Position numbers and translations under genes: made by a program. Of a stretch of 64,000 bases of DNA, positions 10,401 to 19,567 are shown piece after piece; the first letter of the stretch is position 1; the number at the start of each line of letters is the position of its first letter. The stretch is taken from assembly GCF_901538355.1 (NCBI RefSeq), contig NZ_LR593887.1:1152920-1216919 (forward strand), read 5' to 3'. Origin of the DNA: Tuwongella immobilis. Lineage in GTDB: Bacteria > Planctomycetota > Planctomycetia > Gemmatales > Gemmataceae. The notes under the pieces are model-generated. The model was given only the letters and a program-made list of their open reading frames with translations. It made no database searches and was not told the DNA's origin.

Positions 10401-10753
10401 ATATTCGGGTGATGCAGCAGCGCACAGGCCCGCGCTTCTCGGAAAAATCGCTCGACGCGATCGGGAGTGCCGAGGGTGTGCGGCTTGGCAATCTTGATGG
10501 CGACGCGCCGCTGAAGTTTCGGATCCAGCGCGGAATAGACTTCGCCAAACATCCCTTCGCCCGCTTTGTGCAGCAGGGTGAAGCGATTGAGTTGCAGATT
10601 GGGAATCGGCGTCGCCGGCGTGTTTGTGGGATCCATTGTCCAAGTCGAGTCCGCTTCCGCGAGCGCAGGAGCGGTCCGAGGCATTGGGGTACCGTCCGGA
10701 GTGGCACGCGGAGATGATGTGGGACCCTTCGCTGGATCTGGATCATTCGACAC
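7409..10753 (-). CDS. Ser/Thr protein kinase with TM segment, coiled coil and C-terminal WD40 beta-propeller
   Basis: Kinase motifs 'GEGMFGEVY', 'VAIKIAKP', 'HRDVKPQNVML', 'DFGLA', 'GTPAYIAPEQ'. Then a TM helix (IGLLVVVLGITTL) and long WD40-like repeats. Start chosen at GTG 10753 (GAGGAGG 7 nt upstream). The ORF is open up to 10876, but that extension would cover the dnaA terminator. Confidence 0.8.
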   Translation of the reverse strand: MSNDPDPAKGPTSSPRATPDGTPMPRTAPALAEADSTWTMDPTNTPATPIPNLQLNRFTLLHKAGEGMFGEVYSALDPKLQRRVAIKIAKPHTLGTPDRVERFFREARACALLHHPNILPIFEVDQAGDRYYLVSPFIDGVPLCFLAEERPLRPIREIATLVLKLAEALHYAHCAGIIHRDVKPQNVMLDSRGEPLLMDFGLATRLAPGEERLTAAGTLLGTPAYIAPEQADGNSIAASDQYSLGCTLFELLTGRTLFDGSPTEQILAHQSTPPPRLSEFRTDCTRDLETIYLKCVAKSPTDRYATCGDLAADLRSFLANQPILARRQSSIDRLKLWSKRHPLSAKIASAALATIGLLVVVLGITTLQMLDADARARELRTKNDTAIRERTNAEQLAQAHAAAQRTSEYARLRSEAYGQLYLREFGWREKAMSRIAEASRIDTPDRNVVDLRAALLDCLGGTDFRELRTLEPDFYCRYLTFHPDGRSVLLAEGRTGVLDSSDLRIKIVDFRTGQLQRTLTFPGKVLGGFLSPRPEFCNGVAISPDGNWVAAHSRSNLLYLWDLRLPTNSPVVLNANAVPSGNYNLAFSPDNSTLIQACKIGSHGEIRCWDLATKSLIAKHHQPHCIGGMAVHPKTGEVICLGQANALTRLAPRTLTPIVTSDAQWQHHKVTEAFSCIPPSGNLLAVTANEFLEIYRPDTLTHTYTFRLRNSEASFYEARNSLAVSPNDRLIVCCDEFSQTVEVFDICLGQLVSRWRVGPGRVVPAFDPSGRFLAISSMDGTQLYEVLGQQEHRVVATGTTDVLAAAISPDGSQLATLLNNPGPYIGPTPELWSLDTPLRATRRFSGERLGTTSKEARVQFTANRNWLVSVTDAFRIYDSQSPPRVRVNQTRDNCPSVVLAPDDRLWLLLKAQVLSTDLQFTPALQESWYNLSAPLSGLGDMACGDVRQRWAAFGGVDGIVRLFSTTAKRPKANRLPVPNEIAFENRVRLDAIAISPEEEWIVAGSQSGHCHLISIERPDSVYHWQPHADHVEVILFLKQHQFLTAGKDRRMRCWQIVDGQPVELLSTHLDAEITSMSKSADGRFLTITCRGERGVHLWDLDQLNARLQEMNLTR

Positions 10754-10860
10754 CGAGAATTCCTCCTCAGAATGAACCAATCTACTATACAAAAGGAACT
10801 TCGTTCGGGGGGAGTGGAAATCGAAAAATTTCCAACGGATGGAGATGTCGCAAAGAAGTG

Positions 10861-10909
10861 GCAAAAATGGAACCACGCCCAGGCATCGGAGGGATGTGCC
10901 TGGGCGTGG
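10861..10909 (-). terminator. Rho-independent terminator downstream of dnaA
   Basis: 13-bp perfect inverted repeat CCACGCCCAGGCA / TGCCTGGGCGTGG (10873..10909). On the minus strand it is followed by TTCCATTTTTGC. Confidence 0.55.
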
Positions 10910-10937
10910 TCTGCCTGGGAGGGCAATTCAACGAATA

Positions 10938-12656
10938 TCAACGATTCAATTCACGCTCGATTCGCTCTAACAGCTCACGCACCTGCCACTTGCGATCGCC
11001 CAGTTGCAGCGATTCGCCGGCGGTCAGCCATTGGCGAACTTTCTTTTCCGCGGCCACCGCAGCGGAATGCGTCTTGCCACCGAAGTGATGACTAATCTCG
11101 GCGTAGGTGCCCGAGGTATGCTTGCGTGCCAGATAAATTGCCAGCATGCGGGGATGCGACACCGTCCACGATCGCTGCTTCGATTGCAGCGAGCCGTTGG
11201 GCAGCCGCAGCACGGAACAGACTGCGGAATCAATGTCGGTCACTTGCACCACGCGAACGGCATGGCGGAGCAGCTCTCCCAGTGCTTCTCGGACGAGCGA
11301 CAGATCAATTTCTCGGCTAGTCACTCGAGCGAAATGCCGCACGCTATGCACTGCCCCTTCCAGCTCACGGACGTTACCCCGCAGATGCGACGCCATGAAT
11401 TCCAGCACTTCGCCCGGAATCATCGGCATCGCCCCGGCTGCCTTCGATCGCAGGATCGCGTGGCGGGTCTCACCATCCGGGGGCATCACACCCCACACCG
11501 CACCACCGACCAGCCGATCGACCAGTTCCGGCATCAGATCGTCGTTCATCCGCGGATGGCAATCGAGCGTGACGGCCACCTGCCGCCCATCGGCCGCGAG
11601 CGCATCGAACGTGTGCAAGAATTCTTCCTGGGTCGCACGTTTCGTGGCCAGGAAATTCAAATCGTCCAACAATAGCGCCGAGCATTCCCGAAATTGTTTC
11701 CGAAAGCTGGAATGCTTGCCATGCCGCGAGGCTTGCACAAAGCGGTTGGTGAATTCTTCGGCGGTGACAAACAGCACGCGAGCTTCCGGCCAATTGCGAC
11801 GGAGTCCCTGATAGATGCCTTCCAGCAAGTGCGTTTTGCCGGTGCCAACGGGGCCGTGAATGACCAGCGGATTTGGCCCTTGTCCGGGTTCTTCGACAAT
11901 GCTCAACGCGGAGGCGTGGGCAACTCGGTTGCACGGACCCACGACGAAATCGGACAGCGACCGCCAGCGACGGCCAATGCGGAACGGTCGGCCACGCTCA
12001 TCTGCCGCGGGGGCGTCATCGCTGTCCCGATGCCCCACCGACGGGGCGTGGAACAGATTGCTCGCATTCGCGGATTTCGACTTCGCTCGCGGCTTCGGCT
12101 TGGGGGATTCGCTGGGTGCCTCACCGGGGTCAATCGTCGGAATCGAAGGAGATGCCTTTTTCCGTGAGCCGGAACGCGAGGCAGTTGTCGTGATCGCCGG
12201 TGCGGATGCGACGACATTTTCCGGCTGCGTGCGGGCCAACGACATCGGCAGCACGTTGGCCTTCGGCATGGCCGCTGGAGCGGATGTTGTCGCCGTCGGA
12301 TGGCCACCGGCATTCATGGCGGCAATCGGCGGAATGGGTGGTAAGTCGTGATGCAGCACAAACTTCACCGCAATCGGGCCACCGGCCACTTCAGTTGCCG
12401 CAGCGCGGACATCTTCGCCAAAGGTCTGTTGTAGCCAATCTTGGAAATGCAGGCTGGGCACGCCGATCAGCACCGCATCGGCGGTTTTGAGCATGCAGGC
12501 ATGATTCTTGAACCACAGCGCGTAGCGGGCTGCCCCAACACGGCCGATGATTGCCGCTTCCAGGTCAGACTCAAACACCCCTGAGGGGATCGGTCGGTTG
12601 TCGGCCCGGCTCTCGGCTGCAATCACGTCCACTCTCCTCATGCCACTCTGCACCAA
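10938..12656 (-). CDS. dnaA: Chromosomal replication initiator protein DnaA
   Basis: N-terminal 'ALWFKN'. AAA+ Walker A 'GPVGTGKTHLL', 'LLLDDLNFL'. C-terminal DnaA box-binding domain 'HPRMLAIYLARKHTSGTYAEISHHFGGKTHSAAVAAEKKV'. Confidence 0.9.
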   Translation of the reverse strand: MVQSGMRRVDVIAAESRADNRPIPSGVFESDLEAAIIGRVGAARYALWFKNHACMLKTADAVLIGVPSLHFQDWLQQTFGEDVRAAATEVAGGPIAVKFVLHHDLPPIPPIAAMNAGGHPTATTSAPAAMPKANVLPMSLARTQPENVVASAPAITTTASRSGSRKKASPSIPTIDPGEAPSESPKPKPRAKSKSANASNLFHAPSVGHRDSDDAPAADERGRPFRIGRRWRSLSDFVVGPCNRVAHASALSIVEEPGQGPNPLVIHGPVGTGKTHLLEGIYQGLRRNWPEARVLFVTAEEFTNRFVQASRHGKHSSFRKQFRECSALLLDDLNFLATKRATQEEFLHTFDALAADGRQVAVTLDCHPRMNDDLMPELVDRLVGGAVWGVMPPDGETRHAILRSKAAGAMPMIPGEVLEFMASHLRGNVRELEGAVHSVRHFARVTSREIDLSLVREALGELLRHAVRVVQVTDIDSAVCSVLRLPNGSLQSKQRSWTVSHPRMLAIYLARKHTSGTYAEISHHFGGKTHSAAVAAEKKVRQWLTAGESLQLGDRKWQVRELLERIERELNR

Positions 12657-13012
12657 CCACCAAGCCCGGCAGGAGACTCAACGCGGGGCGTCGAGCAGTG
12701 GCTTGGTCAATTCTCGGCTGGGATAGTATCGGAAACTATGCGCGCCGAATCGCGGAGGGAAGTGACTTGCGCGGCCGGGATTTGCGGGCAATCGCAGCGA
12801 TACGCGCCCACATTGGCGCATTCCGCAAAGATTCGCGCCCTTTCGGGATCGGCAAAGTTTGCCAAATCCGAATCATCGCGCAGAACCAGCGAAATCTTGT
12901 CAACCTGGGCGAAATGCACAAAGACGGAGGCTGTAGAAATGCGGCGAATCTGCCGAAGGTGGGCAGGATATTCAGAGGGTCGTCTGCGAGTCTCAGATTC
13001 CCCTTCCGGCAG

Positions 13013-13447
13013 TCATTCCGATGGCGCTTCGACAAATGGCGCATCCAGGTCGATGGCGAGAATCTGGACATCTGGGTCATCGCGAAAAATGGCTACCAAA
13101 TCGCCATGCAGACGCAACACTGCTGCCGTGCAATCGATGAATTGCAGCTTCCGCCAGCTCCAGCGTCGCGCGGCAGTGGCCCCATCGGTCACATAACAGT
13201 CCAATTGTCCTGATGGCAACTCGTTGGCGTAGATGCAGACGCCGAATGGGAACGGATAGCCGGCCAACTCGACCCACCAGCCCCAGTCTTCGCAACCGAA
13301 ATACGGCACTTGGTAGCCGCGTGTCGGTAGCCGTTCGCTGAGATACTCCGCCACCGCTTTTCCGTACATTCCTTCGTTCACTAGTTCGTCGGCTTCTCCG
13401 GGAAGAATCCGAAACCGCGGCGATTGCACCCGAATGAACGGCCCCAT
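13013..13447 (-). CDS. Hypothetical protein
   Basis: 144-aa ORF with protein-like composition (W/Y/F-rich, not Arg-rich antisense-like). No motif. Confidence 0.4.
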   Translation of the reverse strand: MGPFIRVQSPRFRILPGEADELVNEGMYGKAVAEYLSERLPTRGYQVPYFGCEDWGWWVELAGYPFPFGVCIYANELPSGQLDCYVTDGATAARRWSWRKLQFIDCTAAVLRLHGDLVAIFRDDPDVQILAIDLDAPFVEAPSE

Positions 13448-13599
13448 GGATGGTTCCTTTCTCGAAGTAAATGACTGAGCGACGCTCCTGCCGGAAGTCT
13501 ACCATGCGATCGGGGGAAAATGGCACCGCCTGAGGTGGCCCCAAGTGGGAGCGGACTCAGGCGGTGGGAATCATGAGTGATTCAATCGGCGGGACGCGA

Positions 13600-15699
13600 T
13601 CAACGCAGGTGGTTGAGCGTGTAGTAGCCTTCGGGGTGCAGCAGCGATTCGCCATCGGTAGCGAGAATGCCATCGATTCGGAATTCGTACACGCGGCCAA
13701 CTTTCAGATTCGGCACATCGATCGACACCGATTTGCCATCCTTGCCCACGCGAACCGCGGAGACGGTCTCGTTGCGTCGATCGACTTCCGGCGAACCGTA
13801 GTTGCTGAAGTAGTTGTACGTATACGAGGTTAAGCCGTAGGGTTTGTCGGTGGCGGCGGTATTGGCTTGGATCGGTTTGGTGAACGTGAGATCAAAGCCG
13901 GTTTTGGTTAATGTGATTATCGAAATTTCAAACGGAACTTCGCCGGTCCATTTGAGGCGTTGCAAGCCCCAATCTTTGCCGCCGACGGAACCCCAACCGC
14001 GATTGGTCTGGCCGGCATACAGGGTGCCATTTTCATCAAACACGATGCGATTGACGCCGCATTGGAAGCCGGAACGGAACGGGAAGCATGCGCCTTGATA
14101 GGTGCCGTTGATCTTCTCCAGGGCGACTCGCATGATCATCGACTTGGTTTGATCGCCGACGAAGCATTGGCCAGCGAACGGGCCGAACTTGCCGCCGGTG
14201 GTGTCCCACCGAGGTTCGGTCACGGATTGGCCCATGCGACCATAGGGGAACCAAATCACCGGCGGGGTCAATTTCGGCAACCCGCGCGGACTATTGGGGT
14301 TCGGTCCCTTTTGGCCATCGTAGAGCATGCCGCTGATAGGGTTGTCTGGATATTGCCCCTTGAACGGCGAATCCTTCAGCCAGCGCAATCCCGCGGCGTG
14401 GCCGTAGAATTCACCCTTGCGGATGTGGTGCATCTTGTTGCTGGCGACCCATTCGCCTTGATTGTCGGTGTAGAACAGATCTCCGTCCGGGCTGAAGTTC
14501 ACACCGTTGGGCGAACGAAGGCCATAGGCCCACGGTTCCAGTTCGCCTTGCGGGTTGATCTTCACGCACCAGCCGCGCCATGCCCCCTTCGCTTGGTGGC
14601 CGCCGCCGAAGCCGACGTTCAGCGTGATGAAAAAGTTGCCGTCTTTATCACGGGCGGGGCCGAATGCGAATTCATGATAATCGCCCGATGCCCCCCATTG
14701 ATCGCAGAAGGTCTCGTATTCATCGGCGACACCGTCACCATCACGATCGACGAGCTTGGTGAGTTCCGGTCGTTGTGTCACCAAAACAGTCTTGTTGTCT
14801 TGCACCCACAGGCCGAGCGCTTCGTGCAGACCGCTGGCGAATCGCGTCAGCTTGATGTCTTCGACCTCGGCGGCGTTGGGATTATGCACCAGCCAGACTT
14901 CGCCGCGGCGGGTGCAGGCCAGCAGCTTGCCGTCAGGCCGCACGCCCAGCCCGCCCACTTCCAACACGCAATCGCTGGGCAGGGGAATGGTGCTGATTTC
15001 GTAATATTTCGCCTCGGCCGCAATTTGCCCGCCACTGGGGACATTTCCGGCGGGGGGGAAATCGCGGTCCAGCCGTTTGCGAAGCGCGGCGGAGACGAGC
15101 TTTGGCAATTCCGGTTGCACATACACTTCAAAGCCCGAGCCAATGTTGCTCACTTTGATGAGCAGGCGATTCTTGCCGGGAACCAACTTCATTTCCGTGC
15201 GGTTTTGATCCGGCGCGGCAGGGCGGACGGCGGCATCCCGCAGGATTTCCTTGCCGTTGAGGAACACCGCAATGCTATCGTCGCTGCCCAGCGAAAGCGG
15301 CATCAGCAGCGGATCGCTGACTTCGATTTCCGTAGTCAGATAGCAGACGATATTGTTGTTGTCGCCGAACTTCGCCAGATTGACGATGCTGCCCAGTTTG
15401 AATTCGGGGAATTCCTTCCAGCGAATTTCTTGGCCATCACGCCCAATCAGCTTGGCAGAGAGATCGACCGACTTTTCCGGCGGAAACGGCGTCTCGAAGC
15501 CTTTGTTATCATCATTGTCGAACGGTCCCAGCAGGTACCATTTCCCGGTGAGGTTCGGCAATCCACTGGCGGCCAGCGTCGCCGCGATCGTCTCGCTTCG
15601 GGTCGGTTTCTTCACATATTGTTCGGCGGAGCGAGCAGGAATCGTTCCCGCGAGCAGCAGCGCCAAAACCAGGAGAGTTCGCATCACCATCAACTCCAT
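13600..15699 (-). CDS. Secreted beta-propeller protein, glucose/sorbosone dehydrogenase (GSDH)-like, with an N-terminal extra domain
   Basis: Signal peptide 'MRTLLVLALLLAGTIPARSA'. 'GLRSPNGVNFSPDGDLFYTDNQGEW....IRKGEFYGH' resembles the GSDH family motif (GLRNP.G..F.PDG.L..TE.G.......I..G.NYGWP). Confidence 0.6.
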   Translation of the reverse strand: MELMVMRTLLVLALLLAGTIPARSAEQYVKKPTRSETIAATLAASGLPNLTGKWYLLGPFDNDDNKGFETPFPPEKSVDLSAKLIGRDGQEIRWKEFPEFKLGSIVNLAKFGDNNNIVCYLTTEIEVSDPLLMPLSLGSDDSIAVFLNGKEILRDAAVRPAAPDQNRTEMKLVPGKNRLLIKVSNIGSGFEVYVQPELPKLVSAALRKRLDRDFPPAGNVPSGGQIAAEAKYYEISTIPLPSDCVLEVGGLGVRPDGKLLACTRRGEVWLVHNPNAAEVEDIKLTRFASGLHEALGLWVQDNKTVLVTQRPELTKLVDRDGDGVADEYETFCDQWGASGDYHEFAFGPARDKDGNFFITLNVGFGGGHQAKGAWRGWCVKINPQGELEPWAYGLRSPNGVNFSPDGDLFYTDNQGEWVASNKMHHIRKGEFYGHAAGLRWLKDSPFKGQYPDNPISGMLYDGQKGPNPNSPRGLPKLTPPVIWFPYGRMGQSVTEPRWDTTGGKFGPFAGQCFVGDQTKSMIMRVALEKINGTYQGACFPFRSGFQCGVNRIVFDENGTLYAGQTNRGWGSVGGKDWGLQRLKWTGEVPFEISIITLTKTGFDLTFTKPIQANTAATDKPYGLTSYTYNYFSNYGSPEVDRRNETVSAVRVGKDGKSVSIDVPNLKVGRVYEFRIDGILATDGESLLHPEGYYTLNHLR

Positions 15700-15834
15700 C
15701 GAAAGCGGCAGCGGACCAGTCAATTGCGAGGACCGGCAATGCCCCTCATTATGAACCGCTTCCGTGGCCGACGGAACGAGATTTTCCGATTCCCGATCGA
15801 AAAACATCGTTCATGCGATGGAGATGGTGCGAAT

Positions 15835-16248
15835 TTACGAAAGTCGATCCAACATCAGCTCCACGCCAGCGGTGATGTAGATTTCCCGTTTGGTGGAGAT
15901 CAGTTGCAGGGCTTCGTCTTTGCTCAGATTTTGCGAGCGCATCAGATGCCCGGCGACCACGGCGGCACTCCGGCTGCGTCCCAAGTGACAATGCACCAAC
16001 ACTTTGCCGTGTTGTTCGATCAATCGACCCAATGCACGAATGGCATCGTCGAATCGTTCGGGGGCGTTGTCCGGGCCGTCTTGCAACGGGACGACCACGA
16101 TGGCTTCCAGGCCCATCTCTTCGGCATTTTTCGCCGCCAGGGTGTCGATCAACCCCAGCACCGCCCGCACATCTTCTTTGCTGAGCAACACCACATCGGC
16201 GGCTTCGGAGTGGTTTCCGATGGCGATTTCCGGGGTGATCCAGTTCAT
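15835..16248 (-). CDS. Dual-specificity / Tyr protein phosphatase
   Basis: CX5R P-loop 'VHCHLGRSRSAAVVAGHLM'. 137 aa. Confidence 0.7.
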   Translation of the reverse strand: MNWITPEIAIGNHSEAADVVLLSKEDVRAVLGLIDTLAAKNAEEMGLEAIVVVPLQDGPDNAPERFDDAIRALGRLIEQHGKVLVHCHLGRSRSAAVVAGHLMRSQNLSKDEALQLISTKREIYITAGVELMLDRLS

Positions 16249-16266
16249 GCGTCGTTCCTTTGTGAA

Positions 16267-17262
16267 TTAGAACACTCGGCCGCCATTTTCCGGCGGCGGT
16301 AACACCATCTGCTGGGCCACCGCCCAAACCAGATCACTCACGCCCCAAATTGGCACCCATGCCAGAATAATCAACGCTTGTTGATGCAATAGCCCGCTGC
16401 GTTCGCCGATGGGGGCCGCGATCAACGCCAATTGCGTCACCATCAGCGTCAAGATCGCCCATCCCAGCGGAAATTCGCGTTCGGATTGCCGTTCCAGCCC
16501 GTTGGGAAATCGCTGCCGTCGCCCCCGCAGCACCGCCCGGCCAATCGCCAGCCCCATCAGCCCCAGCAGCATCAGGTTCGGTAGACTGCTCAACTCCGTC
16601 AGCCGACCCCACAGCATCCGCGGCGCATCCACCGGTTCGGGCCAACTCAGTCGCACCTCGCCCGTCAGCCACCCCATCCACGCCAGCCAGCCGATTCCCG
16701 GCGTCAGCGCCAAGAAGCAGCGTCGCAAGGTGGATGTCGCATTCGGAACCGCCAGTGCCGCCCCCGCAATCGGCCCGATCAGCAGCAACAGCGTGTGAAT
16801 CGTGAGCCATTGATGATTCAGCCAGGGGAGTTCCGCCTCGTGAAATTCATGGCGTGCCACGACGAGCAAGCCGCTGGTGCCGACGATGCCGATGAGCCAA
16901 CCAATGCTCCAAAGGAGTGACAATCGTGGCATCCGCAGACTGAAACAGGTGAGCATCCAGGCCAGTTGGGTCGCCATGCCGGTCAGCCACAGCAGCGATT
17001 GCGATTCGTCCAGACTGGGGCCGGGCATCCATCGTGGCAGTTGCCAGGTGAGCATGCCCATGCTGATGGCGGCAAACCACCCCGCCGATGCCATAGCGAT
17101 AGCATAGGTCAGGGCGACGGCGAGCAGCAACCCGCCGAGCATCGCCAGTTGCGCGGTGGTCGATTCCGCGCCAAGGGTGGGAATCGTCAGCGCCACCAGC
17201 GCAATCCCCAACGGCAACGCACGCCAACGGCCCGGCGATGAGGGGGGGACGGTCGCATCCAT
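16267..17262 (-). CDS. Hypothetical polytopic membrane protein
   Basis: At least 8 hydrophobic helices. Start set at 'MDATVPPSSPG'. Adjacent to the phosphatase, with a 19-nt gap. Confidence 0.5.
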   Translation of the reverse strand: MDATVPPSSPGRWRALPLGIALVALTIPTLGAESTTAQLAMLGGLLLAVALTYAIAMASAGWFAAISMGMLTWQLPRWMPGPSLDESQSLLWLTGMATQLAWMLTCFSLRMPRLSLLWSIGWLIGIVGTSGLLVVARHEFHEAELPWLNHQWLTIHTLLLLIGPIAGAALAVPNATSTLRRCFLALTPGIGWLAWMGWLTGEVRLSWPEPVDAPRMLWGRLTELSSLPNLMLLGLMGLAIGRAVLRGRRQRFPNGLERQSEREFPLGWAILTLMVTQLALIAAPIGERSGLLHQQALIILAWVPIWGVSDLVWAVAQQMVLPPPENGGRVF

Positions 17263-17584
17263 GGGAGAATCACCTCGGCTGTGCGATCGGACTACCGTTC
17301 GCATTGTATCCATTCTTCCGAATCTTTTCAGGCGGGCATCGCAGTTTCTGATGCTTGTTTTGCTAGTATCCCTTGACGAATGAACAGCAATGTCTAGCAT
17401 ATCCAAACCGAAATCGGCGGAATTGACCGTTTTTGCACATTCAGCACACGGGGGCGGCACGTCCCTGCTGAGTCGCCGATCGCCCGCTTCCGATTGGTCC
17501 CGATCTGTTGGGTTGGCATCGCTTGGGGATGCGCTTCATCGCCAAACAATCGTTGGGCCGTTTGCGTTCTCGCGGAGGTTCCTC

Positions 17585-17977
17585 ATGGCAAATCCTTCTT
17601 GGGCCGACGAATTTGTGACAGCGTGGTGTCCGGTGATTCCCGACGCTGCCCTGAATCGGCTCCGCGATTTGCTGCGGCACGCGAGTCCCTTATTAGTGCA
17701 TGGCCGATTCACCGCCGAGCCGCCACGCGGATGTCTGGCCACACACATCGGCTGGAATCATCCGCAAACCCAAGATTGGCAAGAGGATGCGGGAATTCGC
17801 TGGCTGACCAAGGTGGCCAAACTCAACCCCGCGACTTCGGCGGTGATTTTGGCTTGGGATCAACACGGGATCGCCGATTGGAATCTGCGGGCCGAGTTGC
17901 TGCAACTCTGTGATGCCGAAGCCGCCCGACGTGCGGCCACGCACCAAGGGGAATCCGATGCTGGAACGAATTCTTGA
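17585..17977 (+). CDS. Hypothetical protein
   Basis: ORF 17390..17977. Start uncertain. Ends overlapping the methyltransferase start. Confidence 0.3.
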   Translation: MANPSWADEFVTAWCPVIPDAALNRLRDLLRHASPLLVHGRFTAEPPRGCLATHIGWNHPQTQDWQEDAGIRWLTKVAKLNPATSAVILAWDQHGIADWNLRAELLQLCDAEAARRAATHQGESDAGTNS

Positions 17978-18626
17978 GCCAGAAGTCATGGACACTGCCC
18001 AAGAGGCCCATGATTACGACACCATGGACCACTCGGCGGTCAATCAGCGCTTTGTCGCGGATTTGCGCCAGGTCGGTTTCGCGGGGCGGATTCTCGATGT
18101 CGGCACCGGCACCGCGCTCATTCCCATCGAACTGCTGCGCCAATGCCCCGATGCCCGAGTGGTCGCCATCGACCTCGCCGCGGAAATGCTCACGCTGGGT
18201 CAACGCAATCTGGAACAAGCCGGCCTGGCGCATGCAATCACGTTGGAACGGGTGAACGCCCGTGAAATGCCGTATGCCGATGCCAGCTTCGGCGCGGTCA
18301 TTTCCAACAGCATCATCCACCATATCCCCCAGCCTGAATTGGTGTTGCGCGAAATCGCTCGAGTGGTCCAGCCCGGCGGACGCATCTTCGTGCGCGATCT
18401 GATGCGGCCCCATGATGCCGTCACCTTGCAGCATCTGGTGGATCTCCACGCCGCCGGGGCGACGGACAATCAGCGGCGATTGTTTGCCGAATCGCTCCAT
18501 GCCGCGCTGACGTTGGACGAAGTGCGGTCGATGGTGGCCGAATTGGGATATGCCCCCGACACCGTCCACGCGACCAGCGACCGACACTGGACATGGTCCG
18601 CCACCCGCCCGATGGAACAGGAGTGA
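17958..18626 (+). CDS. Class I SAM-dependent methyltransferase
   Basis: 'ILDVGTGTALIPIELL' motif I. 'VIAIDLAAEML', 'GGRIFVRD'. Confidence 0.75.
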   Translation: MLERILEPEVMDTAQEAHDYDTMDHSAVNQRFVADLRQVGFAGRILDVGTGTALIPIELLRQCPDARVVAIDLAAEMLTLGQRNLEQAGLAHAITLERVNAREMPYADASFGAVISNSIIHHIPQPELVLREIARVVQPGGRIFVRDLMRPHDAVTLQHLVDLHAAGATDNQRRLFAESLHAALTLDEVRSMVAELGYAPDTVHATSDRHWTWSATRPMEQE

Positions 18627-18632
18627 GTTGTC

Positions 18633-19409
18633 GTGTCGTTCAAGCAGAATCTCACCAATCGGCTGGTTCACCTGGGGCGATGCGTCGACTTCGCGCTTCG
18701 CTGTCTGAACGTCTGTTTGGCCTCGTTCCGGCAGGTGAAATTAGTCGCGTTGCAACTCTACGACACGCTGAGCGGATCACTTCTGCTGGCGACGGTCACG
18801 GGCGTAGCGCTGGGGGCGGTGGTCTGGATGCACGGCCACAACGCGCTGGCCCGCACGGGCAGCGGCGACTATCTGCCGACGATTCTGGCCGTGGCGGTGA
18901 TCCTCGAATTGGCTCCGATTGGTGCCGGGTTGATTCTCGCCGCTCGAACCGGTGCCCATCTTGGGGCCGAACTCGGATCGATGAAGATTACCGAGCAGAT
19001 TGATGCGCTGGAGATTCTCGGCGTCGATCCGATGCGCCGTTTGGTCGGCCCGCGCATTCTGGCGTGCGTGATCGCATTACCGATGCTGAACGTGTTAATC
19101 GCCGGTCTTGCCATTTTCACGGGCTATTTCGCCGAGGCGGTCTGGAATCAGATGACCTGGCTGAACTATCAGGGGGCGTTCCTGACGGGAAATCGCAGCG
19201 AGTTGATGTTGGGCGATGTCATTCCGGCATTGCTGAAAACGCTGCTGTTCGGATTCCTGGTCGGCGCGGTGGGGTGCTATCAGGGACTCCACGCCAAGGA
19301 AGGGACCGAAGGCGTTGGGAACGCCACCACGGCTGCGGTTTCGTATTCCGCGCTGGCGGTGATTCTCTGCGATGTCGTGGTCGTGGGAACGCTGCAACTG
19401 CTGAAATGA
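18633..19409 (+). CDS. mlaE: MlaE/YrbE-family ABC transporter permease
   Basis: 'KITEQIDALEILGVDPMRRLVGPRILA' is the MlaE signature. 5-6 TM helices. GTG start. Confidence 0.8.
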   Translation: MSFKQNLTNRLVHLGRCVDFALRCLNVCLASFRQVKLVALQLYDTLSGSLLLATVTGVALGAVVWMHGHNALARTGSGDYLPTILAVAVILELAPIGAGLILAARTGAHLGAELGSMKITEQIDALEILGVDPMRRLVGPRILACVIALPMLNVLIAGLAIFTGYFAEAVWNQMTWLNYQGAFLTGNRSELMLGDVIPALLKTLLFGFLVGAVGCYQGLHAKEGTEGVGNATTAAVSYSALAVILCDVVVVGTLQLLK

Positions 19410-19567
19410 TCGTCGGTTGCGACGGTTGACTCGATTCGCAGTCGATGAATCGGGACGGAAAACCCAAAGGCTCCTGGCGGTTGCCGATGGCTGCTGAAGT
19501 TTCCACCAGGTGGAATATTCGGAGCAGTCCACGACAATCACCCGGAGCCTTTGGTCAAGGGCATAAG

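Noticed and set aside
12657-13012. Canonical DnaA boxes (TTATCCACA) upstream of dnaA
   Set aside because: Could not find any by eye. A proper mismatch-tolerant search is needed before calling oriC here.
13960-16302. 780-aa ORF on the plus strand
   Set aside because: Lies antisense to the GSDH-like gene, the phosphatase and the membrane protein. Arg/Gly/Ala-rich low-complexity translation typical of antisense frames in GC-rich DNA.
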